64,000 nt of DNA, from the NCBI GenBank assembly GCA_951804945.1, contig OX638164.1:7626001-7690000 (forward strand). Direction: 5' to 3'. The position numbers and the translations under genes were made by a program. The notes under the pieces were generated by a model. That model was not told the DNA's origin, did no database searches, and saw only the letters and a list, made by a program, of their open reading frames with translations. The stretch is from Podarcis cretensis (Eukaryota). Shown here piece after piece: positions 23,886 through 36,135 of the stretch (positions within the stretch are counted from its first letter, which is position 1; every line of letters starts with the position of its first letter).

Positions 23886-25121
23886 AATTATTTACAAAGA
23901 GTTAGATAATGCAGGCAGGAGTCAGTAAAAGAAAACCAATTTAGGGAGCAGTCCAAATAGCTCTTGAAATTGGTGCATTTATGTGCTCTGAAGCTCATGA
24001 AGTTGAGCAAATACAGACACAGCCATTTCTCTGAGGCCACATCAGTGCATTTCTGGGACGTCTGCTCTTGGGTATTTGCAGTCTTTTCCGCTGCACAGCT
24101 TTGCCGCCTGATGCTTATTGCAATGGCTCAAGAGCTAATGTCCTAAATCCAAAATAAATTAAAAGGTGTTCCTTCATTTACCGCAACAAAATGACTTCCT
24201 CCTCCTCCTGCCTCTAAATCCTGGGCTGGGTATTAGTTTCCTGGCTCCATGTTGGGGGAGTTATTATCCTCTGTTCTTCCAGCATCTCAAATCTCCCTTG
24301 CAAGATTTTTAATTTAAAATCTAATTAGCTAAGCACGCAGTCGGGTTGTCATAGGTAACGGAAGCGGACGCTTTGTTGTTGAGGCCTGCGGATGGCCTTT
24401 CAAGATAGCCTTTGTGCATTCAGCAAAGGACTTTCGGGGTGGCAATGGTGTTGTTGAGACCGCTTAACAATGATTGGTTGGGCTGCTGGGCTGTCACAGA
24501 GGGACTGAGCAATCGGAAGGCCTCTATTGGTTGCGCTGCTCAGATTCTAAAAGAGGGCTGGGGCAGAATGAATGGTCTGGGGCAGGGAACCTGGAGAACC
24601 TGTTGCCCTCCAGAGGTTGCTGGATTATAACCCCCGCCAATTCTGACTACTTTGACTACTGGCCATGCTGGTTGGACTAGAATCAACATTTGGAGTGCCC
24701 ATCCCTAGCCTAGGGAATTTTGAAAGCCCTGGTGTTCTCTGGGGAATCTACATTCCTTCCCTTAACCTGAACCTTTGCTAGGTAAGCCAAATTAAACGGA
24801 TGTCTAGTTGTGCCCACCTTTACCACAGACCCCACAAGTGTCCCAGATTATTCGGGACAGCCCAAATTGGCAGAAGATGCCCCTTCTTCTTCCAATCCCA
24901 AATGTCCTGGTTTTGCACCCCCGCGCTGGTTGAGGGAGCAAAAGACGGGCGATTTTTTAGTTCTGCTATGGTGCGAGTCCAGAAACAGGTCTGAAAAACT
25001 TAACCTTGACCTCCTCTTCTGGAAGTTTGTCTGTGGTGCTTGAAAAGGAGGCGGAGGGCAGGGAATAGCTCAGAGAATCACTGTCTGCCACCCACCTACT
25101 GAATTGAAAGTGCTGTAGGAA

Positions 25122-25320
25122 GGCAGTGTGGTGCAGTGGTTAGAGTGTTGGACTATGACTTGGGAGATCAGGGTTCAAATCCCCACTCGGCCGTGAAGAT
25201 CACTGGGTGACCTTGGAGTCAGTCACAGCCTCTGAACCTACCTCACAGAGTCATTGTAGTAATTATCTGAGGGGGTGGGGATGGGCCACACACTCCTTGG
25301 GGAAAAAGGTGGGATAATAA
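25122..25320 (+). mobile_element. MIR/Ther1-type CORE SINE
   Basis: gtgtggtgcagtggttagag...gggttcaaatccc...ctgggtgaccttgg...cctacctcacag. Confidence 0.75.
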
Positions 25321-25476
25321 ACAGTTAAGCAGAAGGGCTTATTTATTTAAGAAAGCTGGAGATACCAGCCAGAGGGAGATGGCAGCTGGACCTCCAGAGA
25401 TCTCTATGTGGTCGTAATTGGACCCACACCAGTCGTAAAACACATCTGGTGCCTGGCTAATTTATAACACTGTACA

Positions 25477-25840
25477 GGACGCGGGTGGCGCTGTGGGTAA
25501 AACCTCAGTGCTTAGGACTTGCCGATCGTATGGTCGGCGGTTCGAATCCCCACGGCGGGGTGAGCTCCCGTCTTTCGGTCCCAGCTCCTGCCCACCTAGC
25601 AGTTCGAAAGCACCCCTAAGTGCAAGTAGATAAATAGGTACTGCTTTATAGCGGGAAGGTAAATGGCGTTTCTGTGTGCTGCGCTGGTGCTGGCTCGCCA
25701 GAGCAGCTTCATCACGCTGGCCACGTGACCCGGAAGTGTCTCCGGACAGCGCTGGCCCCTGGCCTCTTAAGTGAGATGGGCGCACAACCCTAGAGTCGGA
25801 CACGACTGGCCCGTACGGGCAGGGGTACCTTTACCTTTTA
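25477..25840 (+). mobile_element. Sauria SINE (subfamily B in this window)
   Basis: ggacgcgggtggcgctgtggg...ggttcgaatccc...gtgcaagtagataaatagg...ggtacctttacctttt. Confidence 0.92.
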
Positions 25841-26799
25841 CAGAACATTGGGTCAGCTGCCTGGAGACCCTTAGCCAATCATGGGTGGGATGATTTTATA
25901 GTTTAGCTGCGAGATAGGGCCTGGATTGGGAAGTTGGTAGGCTAGACATGGCAAATTCCTCAGGAGGAGGGAAAGGTTCTAGAAAGTGGCTAGACTTTTT
26001 GTTTTTTACAGGCGGGGTAGAGCGGATAGCCATTCTAAGAGAGCACTAGATTTCACACAAATGGTTTCGTTGAAGAGACTTGTAAGTAAATTTCTCTTTT
26101 AAGCCTGTAACAGTGTTTATGACGGATCCTAAGTGTTGTGCTTTTATTAGTGAAACCATTGAAAGTGTCTGTTAAAATAAAGTACAGTATTGTTTCCAGT
26201 GTGCCTCAGCTTTAATTTATTCCCAGAACTGGAAATAAATTGCCTTGGGAACTCCTCGCTGCAGATTCTTAGTGTTTGCATTCACACTTGATTTATACAG
26301 GGAGTGACCAAGGATAGGTTTCCTATTCTCAGTCCTGTTGCCTCGGGAGTTTGTCACACCTTCTGACTCTAAAATTCTGTAATTCCAGGTGGGAATGTTT
26401 CCAGTTGTCCTTTGCAAATGGCAGAATTGCAGCCCATTAAATAAGTAGATAATAATACATGGGTTCTAATTTTTCCAAGCTTGTTCTAATAGGCAAGGAG
26501 GTTATACGTTGCGTGCTGGAGCTGAAGTAAGAGGCAATAATTGAGTCCAGAATTAACATTCTCACGACTTTTCCTCTTCTCTTCCTAGCAAAAGTTGCAG
26601 GGTGGAGTTTGATTTAACATGAATGTTGTGCTCAAAGCTGCTCACAATAATCACAACAGCGGTGAAAAAGAACAATAATTGCAATCACGATCATATCAAA
26701 CACAGTAGCATATAAAGCAAAGAACAACCAATTCATCAAAACAATTGATGCAATTTAATAAAACCATAGTAGTTCAGATTTCAGCGTGCATCATAAAAA

Positions 26800-26938
26800 C
26801 ATAGACTTGTGGAGCTGGAAGGGGCCAGAAGGGTCATCCGGTCCAGTCCCATGCAATGCAGGAATCTTTTGCACAACATGTGTCTTGAACCCACAACCCT
26901 AAAATTAATTGTCTAATCCTGTACCAACTGAGCTACCA
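26800..26938 (-). mobile_element. SINE with tRNA-Lys-like head and the same CR1-like tail
   Basis: Minus strand ggtagctcagttggtac...ttaat..tagggttgtgggttcaag, then attcctgcattgca...gatgaccc...cccttcca...tctatg. Confidence 0.65.
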
Positions 26939-28352
26939 AGGCAGATAAGAAAACACATAGGGCTCGTTGATGAGTTTGTCTTTGGTTGGAGTCAAACGTG
27001 GGTGTTCTTAGTCTGTGAAATGGGTGCAATGGCATAAGCTGGTTTGAGAGGCTGGCCAGGAGTGAAATCAAGGCCATCCAATTGTATCAACATGTGTCCC
27101 TGGGGAGGAGTCATAATTCTGTGCATGTGCAGTGCTTGCAGAAAGTCCTAGCTTTTATTCCTGGCGCATCCAGTTGAAGAGATAAGGTGGCAAGTTGATG
27201 AGGAAATCTCTCCAGATTGTTAAATTTCGCAGTCCTTGCGGACCAAATTTGTCAGGTGGGCGGGACTGCCCTCCTGTCAATCGCCTGATGTCACAATGGT
27301 GTCTGTAGGGATATTGCAGAGCGCTCTCATAACCACCTAGCACAGTGATGGCCAAACTTCACCCTCCAGCTGTTTTGGGACTACAACTCCCATCATCCCT
27401 AGCTAACAGAACCAGTGGTCAGGGATGATGGGAATTGTAGTCCCAAAACAGCTGGAGCTGTTTGGCTATGCATTTTTTTTAAAATGGCCAACACAACTGG
27501 CTTTGCTGCGGTAATAGATCAGCACAAATATTTTAATGTGCTGGAATCCCCATTGCTTACAAAGAAGGAGTGGGGCACAGGCTTGCATTACTTTTAGTGA
27601 GGAGGAAGAGGAGTTGGGCTACATGTTTTTCCTATTAAAAAAAATCCAGGCCAAATCTTACTACGAAGTTTCCGCAGTAGGTGGGAGGGAAGCAGGAAAT
27701 CGAGTTATGTTCTGCAGAAATAAATATTTCTCTGGGTAGCTTTGCAATGGGCCTGGCAGTTGATTAGGTTGTGTGTGAGTCACTCTTAATTCATCCTGTA
27801 ATTAAGACAGCTGTGCGTGTGTGTGTCGTGGAGTTAGAATAGTGTAATGATTTAGCTGTGGCTTTTCATGGTATTTTAATTTTGTTTGTTTTTTGTCCTA
27901 TTGTATGATGTATTATTTAACATATGTCTCATTTTTGTAAGCCCGTCTGGGTACTTACTTAACGATCAAGTGATCAAGTTGTTTTCATTGCTGTCACTGT
28001 TGTATAGCCAAGAAACTGAAATACAAATCAGGAGAAGCCAAATTTGAATCTTGCCCCTACATTAATTCACTCACTGAACATAAAAGTATAGCAGGGCTGT
28101 TCATATGCTCTTGGGGGCACCTGGGTTGAATTTTTATTCATTTACTTGCTTGAAAACTGCACCTATATTCCTCCTTCCTTCCAAGGAGCTTGTGCTGGCG
28201 TTCATGACTCTTCCTGTCCCCATCTTATCCTCACAACAACCCTGTGAGGTACTTTAGCTTCTGTCTTTCCCTATACCTTCTGCTTGGATCATCATCCAGG
28301 ACTTTTCTCCGTAGGCCCTGGATGACAGAAGGGTGAGAGAATGATACTTTTA

Positions 28353-28706
28353 GGGTGACGCTGTGGGTTAAACCACAGAGCCTAGGACTTGCCGATCAGA
28401 AGGTCGGCGGTTCGAATCCCCGCGACGGGGTGAGCTTCCGTTGCTTGGTCCCTGCTCCTGCCAACCTAGCAGTTCGAAAGCACGTCAAAGTGCAAGTAGA
28501 TAAATAGGTACCGCTCTGGTGGGAAGGTAAACGGCGTTTCCGTGCGCTGCTCTGGTTCGCCAGAAGCGGCTTAGTCATTGCTGGCCACATGACCCGGAAG
28601 CTGTATGCCTGTTCTGTCGGCCAGTAAAGCGAGATGAGCGCCGCAACCTGAGAGTCAGCCACGACTGGACCTAAGGGTCAGGGGTCCCTTTACCTTTACC
28701 TTTACC
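28353..28706 (+). mobile_element. Sauria SINE (subfamily A)
   Basis: aaaccacagagcctaggacttgccgatcagaagg...ggtccctttacctttacctttacc. Confidence 0.92.
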
Positions 28707-29484
28707 CGCTTAAACTCCAACTCCCATAAGCTCCAGCCAGCAATTGTCAATGGTCAGGCATGAGGAGAGTTGTAGTCCTGCAGCGTCTTAGGAGAGCTAC
28801 AGGTTTCTCAGGTAGCATTTATTTATTTTTTAAACAGAGCTGAAGCAAGCGTCATTGTGTTGCTGTGCTTCCTTGAGTTTTCACTCTGTTGCTCCGCTGC
28901 AATATTTCTGTTTGTTTCCTGTCTTTGTATTTTATTGGATTTTTATTCTAAGTGATGGGACTCAGAACACAAACACTGAGCGATGGTGGGGATGGTACAG
29001 CACTCTGCACACCCTGAACCATGAAAATGGCTTGCTTCTTTGGCCTGATCCCTGCCAGGCTGTAGAATTCACCTTCGTTTCATGGAAAACAGGCCTGCCT
29101 CATTATTCCAGCTGCATGCAAGCAAGTTCCAGCATGCAGCTGTTGCAAACAGCATGTTTGACCTGCCTCAGCCAAAGGCAAAAATCGGACTGCCTCTTAG
29201 GTTGCTGATGGCTCAATCATTCTCGCTTTTGCCAACATGCTGACTGAGGCGGATGAGACCTGGGGGCTGCCAGGCTGCCTTATTCAGATGCGGACTTTTT
29301 GGGCTTCCCACTCATACAGAGGCGCATGGGGAATGCAGCTATAGAGTGGCAAAACCCTTTCTCAGGCTCTGATTGGCCCTTGTCCTGGTCATCTGATTGG
29401 CTAGAAGTCCTGTAGAGTACACCCTTCCTTCATTACCAGTTTGGGAAAGCCAGGCTGGTTTTTGGCATTTGGGTCTTACTTGAG

Positions 29485-29728
29485 CGGCCACTGCTCAGTG
29501 GTAGAGCACCTGCTTTGCATGCAGAAGGTCCCAGGTCCAATCCTGGCATCTCCTGGTACAGATGGGAATGTTCTTTGAAGAGCTGCTGCCAGACAGTGTA
29601 GACCAAACTTGGTTCTCCAGCTATTTTGGACTACAACTCCCATCATCCCTAGTTGCAGGACCAGTGTTCAGGGATGATGGGAATTGTAGTCCGAAAACAG
29701 CTGGAGGTCCACGTTTGGGAAACCCTGA
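29485..29728 (+). mobile_element. tRNA-Ala-like SINE fragment joined to a palindromic hAT MITE
   Basis: gctcagtggtagagcacctgctttgcatgcagaaggtcccagg to ~29601, then ccaaacttgg...ggactacaactcccatcatccct...gtttgggaaaccctg. Confidence 0.75.
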
Positions 29729-32010
29729 TCTAAGAACTCACTGGCAGGGTAGCTAACTGATCAGCAAAAATGTAACCTGACCTGCTCCTGTGTTTTTAAC
29801 TGAGAAAATTTAACAGTGCAGAAGTCAGCAGGCAAAACTTTTCACTGCTGATCAAGCTTGAAAACTTTGGTCCCCATCCTGTACTCAGCTCTCACCTGTG
29901 GCTCCTAGAAGCTGTCAGCATGTGACAGTGGCCACACTCCCAGGAAACTGCTTTGATTGGCTGGCTAAACCAGGTGAGGGCAGCAGGTGGGTCTCAAGCC
30001 CTCAGTGAGTTAGGGAGTTGTGAGGGATTTCACCTGCATGTGATGACAGGCTGCAATGGATTGAGTGGAAGAGACCAAGACTATTTTTCTTTCCTCTTTC
30101 CTTTTTGTTGTTGAGCATTTTTGGGGAAACCAAAGCTTTTGGAGCTTTTAAGCTTTTGGGTTTTCCCTGACATTTTGCCAATATGGCAAAATTCCCCCGA
30201 CGCCATTTTTACACCCAGAAATTGGGACACATCAGGAATTCTCCTGTATGGCAAACCTAGGAAACCCTGATGCCAGTGTTTGAAATTAGCCAGGTGCGCT
30301 TTGTACCTGACTGTTGGCCACTTGCGACCAAGTGAAGACGCCTGGGTCACAGGATGGTGCCTGGCACTTCCACCATCTGGAGGTGCGTGCCTGGGAATCA
30401 TTGAATCTTGACTGTTTTCACACACTAATGCCACATTCTGTAGAATTCTATCTGTTCTATTCTATCTGCCCAATCTGAATGATTTTCAGGAACCAAAATG
30501 TTTTTTCTGTGCAGCCTGAGCAGGAGCAGTGAAAAGCTTTACAGTTAATTGTTGCAGCTTGTCTTCACTTACCCCACCCTGGCGCCCTGCTCACAGTTGT
30601 GAATAATATTCTTACATTATGAATGGTGTGTGTCATCGTTAAGAGGCAGGCCGATATATGTGTGGACTGTCCCTGGATCAAGTGACTTTTCTTCTTTAAG
30701 TTTTCAAAGTTAGGGTTGCCATAGGTCCTCCTTTTCCAGGACAGGTCATCTTTTCCAGGGGTAAAATTTCTGTCCAAGTGGATTTTTGGAATTTGCCAAA
30801 ATGTCTGGGGGTCTGGGAGCGGGCTGCTTTTTATGTTTCATACGCAATACTAGACAGCCAAGTGCAAAACGTATACATACTGTGTGTGAGTTTTGCATGA
30901 TGCAGGAAAGGGATAAAAATCCAGGGGTGTGTTCCCCCCCCCCCAAACCACTGATGCCAAAGTTGGCATTTTGAATGGACATCAGAAGCATACTCAGCCC
31001 TGTATGTATAATACATTGGCTCACCCTATCTCTCCCCCTTCCATTCCTAAGCTCCCTACCCTCCTAGTGCTGGGCCAGCTGCTGTGGAGGATGAGTAGAT
31101 AATTCATGTCAGCAGCTGGTATCCTTTTTTTAAAAAAAGAAATCCTGGGGAACCAGAGACGACTGCCTGAGCAATCCCACTCGATGGCAACCTTGTCAGC
31201 CGGCAGCCCTGCAGGGACAGCTTCTGTGTTCGCATAGCAGTGAGCGCTGTTGTCGGTAGACAGCTTGTTGCTTTCTCTGGGTACCTGCTGCACCGCTCTC
31301 TTGCCTCAAAGGGAACTCTGGGCACGGATGCAATTGGCCAGGCAGGCTTCCGAAATCGCACCACAGGTTGCTTCCCTTCTGCCTCCCGTCTGGCAGCAAA
31401 CTCTGTCTGTCCCCCTCCTCTCTTAAAGCACAATCCAGGCTACCGCAATGATTTTTATAAGGCTGGTATTGCCTTTGTAATAAAAGGCACCCACCCACTG
31501 TAGCGCTCTTGCATAAGATGTTCTCTTAAGGACCAAGTCAGACTACTGGTCCACGCTAGCTCAGTATCTTCTATACTAGTGAGGAATCTGTGCCCCCCCC
31601 CCCAGATGTTCATGAACTACAGTTCCGATCACTCCCTACCAGTGTCAGAGATGGTGAGAGTTCATCATCATCATCATCAAACCTTTCATTGGCATCACAT
31701 ACAAACATCCAAAACAAATCAATACAGAATTACCACTTCCCCAGCGGCACAAAACATTTGCTAAAAGAAAGGAGGCAGAGCAGTCTATTGTTGGTGAGAG
31801 TTGGAGGCCAGCAAAATTAGGAGGGCCGCCGGTTCCTCACCACTGGGGATGTAATAAGGCACCATTCTCTGTTCTGCCTTACATCTATTGCGGAAATATT
31901 CTCTACCATTCCACCCCCCATGTGACTTTGCCTTAAAAATCACATTATTTCCTACATTGTTTTTGACGTTTCCCTTGCAGTTAGGTGCATTTAAGCTAAT
32001 TAATCACATA

Positions 32011-32377
32011 AAGGTAAAGGTAAAAGGTAAAGGTACCCCTGCCCGTATGGGCCAGTCTTGACAGACTATAGGGTTGTGCGCTTATCTCACTCTAGAGGCC
32101 GGGAGCCAGCGCTGTCCGCAGACACTTCCGGGTCACGTGGCCAGCGTGACAAGCTGCATCTGGCGAGCCAGCGCAGCACACGGAATGCCGTTTACCTTCC
32201 CGCTGGTAAGCGGTCCCTATTTATCTACTTGCACCCGGGGGTGCTTTCGAACTGCTAGGTTGGCAGGCGCTGGGACCGAAAGACGGGAGCGCACCCCGCC
32301 GCGGGGATTCGAACTGCCGACCATGCGATCGGCAAGTCCTAGGCGCTGAGGTTTTACCCACAGCGCCACCCGCGTCC
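32011..32377 (-). mobile_element. Sauria SINE (subfamily B) with a duplicated 5' end
   Basis: (AAGGTA)n at 32011; head ends cgcgtcc at 32377; extra cagcaccacccgcgt at 32380-32394; probable TSD tcacata. Confidence 0.9.
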
Positions 32378-32618
32378 TACAGCACCACCCGCGTCACATA
32401 CTGTAATTAATTACACAAGTTTTCAGCCGCAGCAGTGAGATGAATAACCTGGGTTTTAGTGGAAACCGAACTGTAGTGGAATAGAAGCAGCGCAGATTGC
32501 ACTGAGCACTGGATGGGGGGAAATCGCTGTTTCCTCAATAGAAGGCTCTGTCCTGCCTACATGCCAACCACTTCTTTATTAGAGGTGTAATAGAGCCTCA
32601 AAGATCTGAGTACAGGCC

Positions 32619-33012
32619 AGGGATGGGGTAGAAATTTGTTCCGTTTGCATTTTAATGTGTACCTACCCAATTTCTTACTTGCCACACCAATGTGCAAACT
32701 GAAACGCAGCCGCTTTTTTCTGAATTTCGTGATGCACTCCTCCAACTCCAGTCCCCCCCCAAATGTGTATATAAAAAGCATGTATTAGAGAAGGATGTGC
32801 TCACAAATGCTTGTTGCATTAATGCAAAATGCTGTAAGAAGATGTCTTTTACATGGAAGAAATTACTTGCAAATTGCTTGTGTTTCATTAGGTTGAACAA
32901 TGTGGCTTTTTATGCAGACTCTTTAATTGTGAAGCGATGTGAAAATGGGGAGAACTGAAGTGAAGGTTGGGGGGGGGGATGAGAAACCAAAATGGGCAGA
33001 ATTGTCTGTCCC
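32619..33012 (+). mobile_element. Non-autonomous hAT-like element (related copies at 35695-36135 inverted and 55600-55965)
   Basis: Shared agggatgggg.agaaatt...gtttgcattt.aa...acctacc.aatt start and ggagaactgaa...gaaac end. Confidence 0.6.
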
Positions 33013-33347
33013 CAGTACAGGCCCAGCTTCAGTGAGCAGCATCCTTGAGCAGCTGTTGGGGATTGACTTGGAAGAACAGTTGCTAAATGGGGCCGGCCCT
33101 ACCCTTAGGTGAGATGTGGGGGACCTTTGGCCCTTCAGATATTGCTGAATTACAATTCCCAGCATCCTTAGCTATTGGCCATGATAGCTGGGGTTGAAGG
33201 GAGTTCAGTAGCATCTGAAGGTTCCCTACAGCTGCAGTCACCATTGTGGTGGTGGATGCTGTCCCATTACCAGTGTTGAAGTAAGATTCAGTTGCCAGTA
33301 CAGTCAGCTTCCATACATGGAACGGGAACACCATCTGGTCCATCATT

Positions 33348-33530
33348 CCCCTGTAGCTCAGGGGTGGAGCATCTGCTTTGCCTGCAGAAGGTCCCAGGTT
33401 CAATCCCTGGCATCTCCAATTAGGACTGGGGAATGTCCCCGTTCTGAAAACCTTAGAAAGCTGTTGCCGGTCTGTGTAGACAGTACTGAGCTAGATGGAC
33501 CAATGTTCTGACTCGGTGTAAGTCAGCTCC
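33348..33530 (+). mobile_element. tRNA-Ala-like SINE
   Basis: ctgtagctcaggggtggagcatctgctttgcctgcagaaggtcccaggttcaatccc...tactgagctagatggaccaat. Confidence 0.8.
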
Positions 33531-33901
33531 CCCCCCCCCCCCCATCTCAGGCATTAAAATGCTTTGGGCCACTTCCTGCTTGGTAACGTGCAAACAGAAA
33601 ATAAACGGAACAAAACAAAACTGGTGACTGTTTTGTGAAACCTCATGGTACTTTGCTACATGGTGTAAAAGAACACAGAAAGCTTTTTGGAATGCAGGGA
33701 AGAATGAGTCTTAACGGGGTTGTTGGTGGCAACAGGAGAAAGCAAACAGGGATGCATGAGACAAGCAAAAGAGCAATTCTTTTAAGATTGCCATTCTCAT
33801 TGGGTGCTTAAGAATGTGTGAAGCTGACCAATACTCCCCCTGCCCCCATTGCCTTGCAGATATTAAACCCTGCATTTCTGAATGTTCTGTATACAGTGGT
33901 A

Positions 33902-34249
33902 AGGTAAAGGGACCCCTGACCATTAGGTCCAGTCGTGGCCGACTCTGGGGTTGCGGTGCTCATCTCGCTTTATTGGCCGAGGGAGCCAGCGTACAGCTTC
34001 CGGGTCATGTGGCCAGCATGACTAAGCCGCTTCTGGCGAACCAGAGCAGCGCACGGAAACGCCGTTTACCTTCCCGCTGGAGTGGCACCTATTTATCTAC
34101 TTGTACTTTGACGTGCTTTTGAACTGCTAGGTGGCAGGCACAGGGACCGAGCAACAGGAGCTCACCCCACCGCGGGGATTCGAACCACCACCCTTCCAAT
34201 CGGCAAGTCCTAGGCTCTGTGGTTTAACCCACAGCGCCACCCGCGTCCC
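33902..34249 (-). mobile_element. Sauria SINE (subfamily A) with a 12-bp TSD
   Basis: TSD TATACAGTGGTA at 33890-33901 and 34251-34262. Confidence 0.92.
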
Positions 34250-34254
34250 ATATA

Positions 34255-34496
34255 CAGTGGTACCTCTGTCTAAGAACAGTCCTGTTAACGAACAATTCGG
34301 GGAACGAAATCTGCAAAACCGGAAGTAGGTGTTCCGGCTAGCAAACTTTGCCCTGGAAGACGAACGGAATCTGAATGGGCGAAGGGCACTGGTGGCGGGA
34401 GCCCTCATTAGCGAAAGCACGCCTCGGTTTAAGAACACTATCGGCTAAAGAACAGACCTCTGGAACGAATTAAGTTTGTAAAGGGAGGTACCACTG
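34255..34496. mobile_element. pogo/Tigger-like MITE
   Basis: TA|cagtggtacctc ... gaggtaccactg|TA. Confidence 0.85.
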
Positions 34497-34589
34497 TACT
34501 ATGATCATCCCCACATGCAGGATTGTGGTGTGTGCGTGTTTAACAATTCCTCACCATTTCCCAAAGCTAGCTGTTTTTTCAGACAAATT

Positions 34590-34830
34590 CAAACACAGCG
34601 AGTCTTGCTGGATGAGGCCCGTGGCTACCTCTAGTCCAGCATCCTGTTCTCACAGTACCCAAGTAGATGCGCCTGGGGGAAGCCCACAAGCAGCATTTGA
34701 GCGCAACAGCACTCTCCGCTCCTTCGGCTCCCGCAACTGGCATTCAGACGCATACTGGGCACACTGCCTCTGAGGCAGAAACTAGCTGTCATGGCTGGAA
34801 GCCATTGATAGTTTGGTTCTCCGTGAATCT
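34590..34830 (-). mobile_element. CR1-type 3'UTR fragment (similar copies at 39228-39385 and 57655-57860)
   Basis: ctagtccagcatcct.ttctcacag block, the reverse complement of the 3' part of the 57655 copy. Confidence 0.6.
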
Positions 34831-35694
34831 TTTCTGTCTGGATTTTCACTGTTTGAAATATGGCGACCCTAGCTTACTCCTTAGCCTTTCCATCTCCTGA
34901 AGGTATCCTGCAAGACAGCGCAGGTTTTAGGATCCTGCAAGGATCTGTTGTGGAGGGTTTGGGAGCACCTCCAAAGATATATGGAAGGTGGTTTAGGAGA
35001 CTCGCTATTTTCCATTCAAATTCTTGCAGTGTTCTTTACCTCCTCTAAGACAGCTGTAACTCGTCTCTAACAGCGGCTCTTTCCCCCAGCTGAGCAGACT
35101 ATATTCCAGCAAAAGTCAGAGGTTTCGACCAATAGACACCAGTATAGTGGGATGAAGCTGGCCTTGGGATTTAGTCTAAAATTCCCTCACAGAGTTGTTG
35201 TGAGGATAAGATTGGGTCATGAAGATCCATGGAAGAAAGGTGAGCTATAATCCTGGAGGAGTGGCTCAGAGGAATCTGGTGGAATTCTCTTTCATCACAC
35301 TGGTCTCCTAGCAGCTGCCTGTTTACCTAGTTTGGAGACCAGGTGTTCTCTTATCTTGAAAGTCCTCTTAAGAAGACCAGATCCAGCAGCTGAGGCTGGA
35401 GAGGCAGCCATCGCTCTTGGTTCTGCCATTTGGTATCTGGTGTGGGCTCGATAAGGAGCCTAGCCCACTGTTTGTCCTGTGTGATCAGAGAAGGTAGGTC
35501 TTTGGTACAATCTGTTACGTGTTCCTTACAGTTGGGTGTATTGCAAAAGTGTCCAGTCCAATCACCGCCACCCCTTGGGAGTGAGAAGCTAGGGATGATG
35601 GGAGTTGTAGTCCAAAAAAAGCTGGAGGACCAAGTTTGGCCACCACTATGCTACACAGTAGGTAGTATTTTATGACGAATGTTATTCTGAACAC

Positions 35695-36135
35695 TGGGAA
35701 TGGGCTAATCTGTCAATTTTGGTTTCTCTCAGATACTCAGTTTTTTTTCCATTCTTACATTCAGTTCTCCACATTTCCACATAATTTGTGATTAGTTTTC
35801 AGAAGGTCTTAAAAAAAATAAATCAGCATTTTAGTGTGAATTTCACCTAATGCACACATTTACCTGCAGTTTTTCCTAATTTTATTTTTTGCAAAGCAGT
35901 TCCCCATGATATAATATTTTTTTGACACATTGTTTTCACGGCTTACGTATTTTTATATACACTTAGTACACGTATTTTTGCACACATTACTTGGCTGGAG
36001 AACTGCATTGCCACGTTTAGAGAAGTGCAAATTTGGAATATGCCTGTGTTTCGGTTTGCATAGTGTTTTGGAAAGCATGAATTAGGTATGTTTGCCTTTA
36101 AATGCAAACTGAATTTAATCTCTCTCCCCCCCCCC
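35695..36135 (-). mobile_element. Non-autonomous hAT-like element
   Basis: Reverse-complement similarity to 55600-55965 and 32619-33012. Confidence 0.6.
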
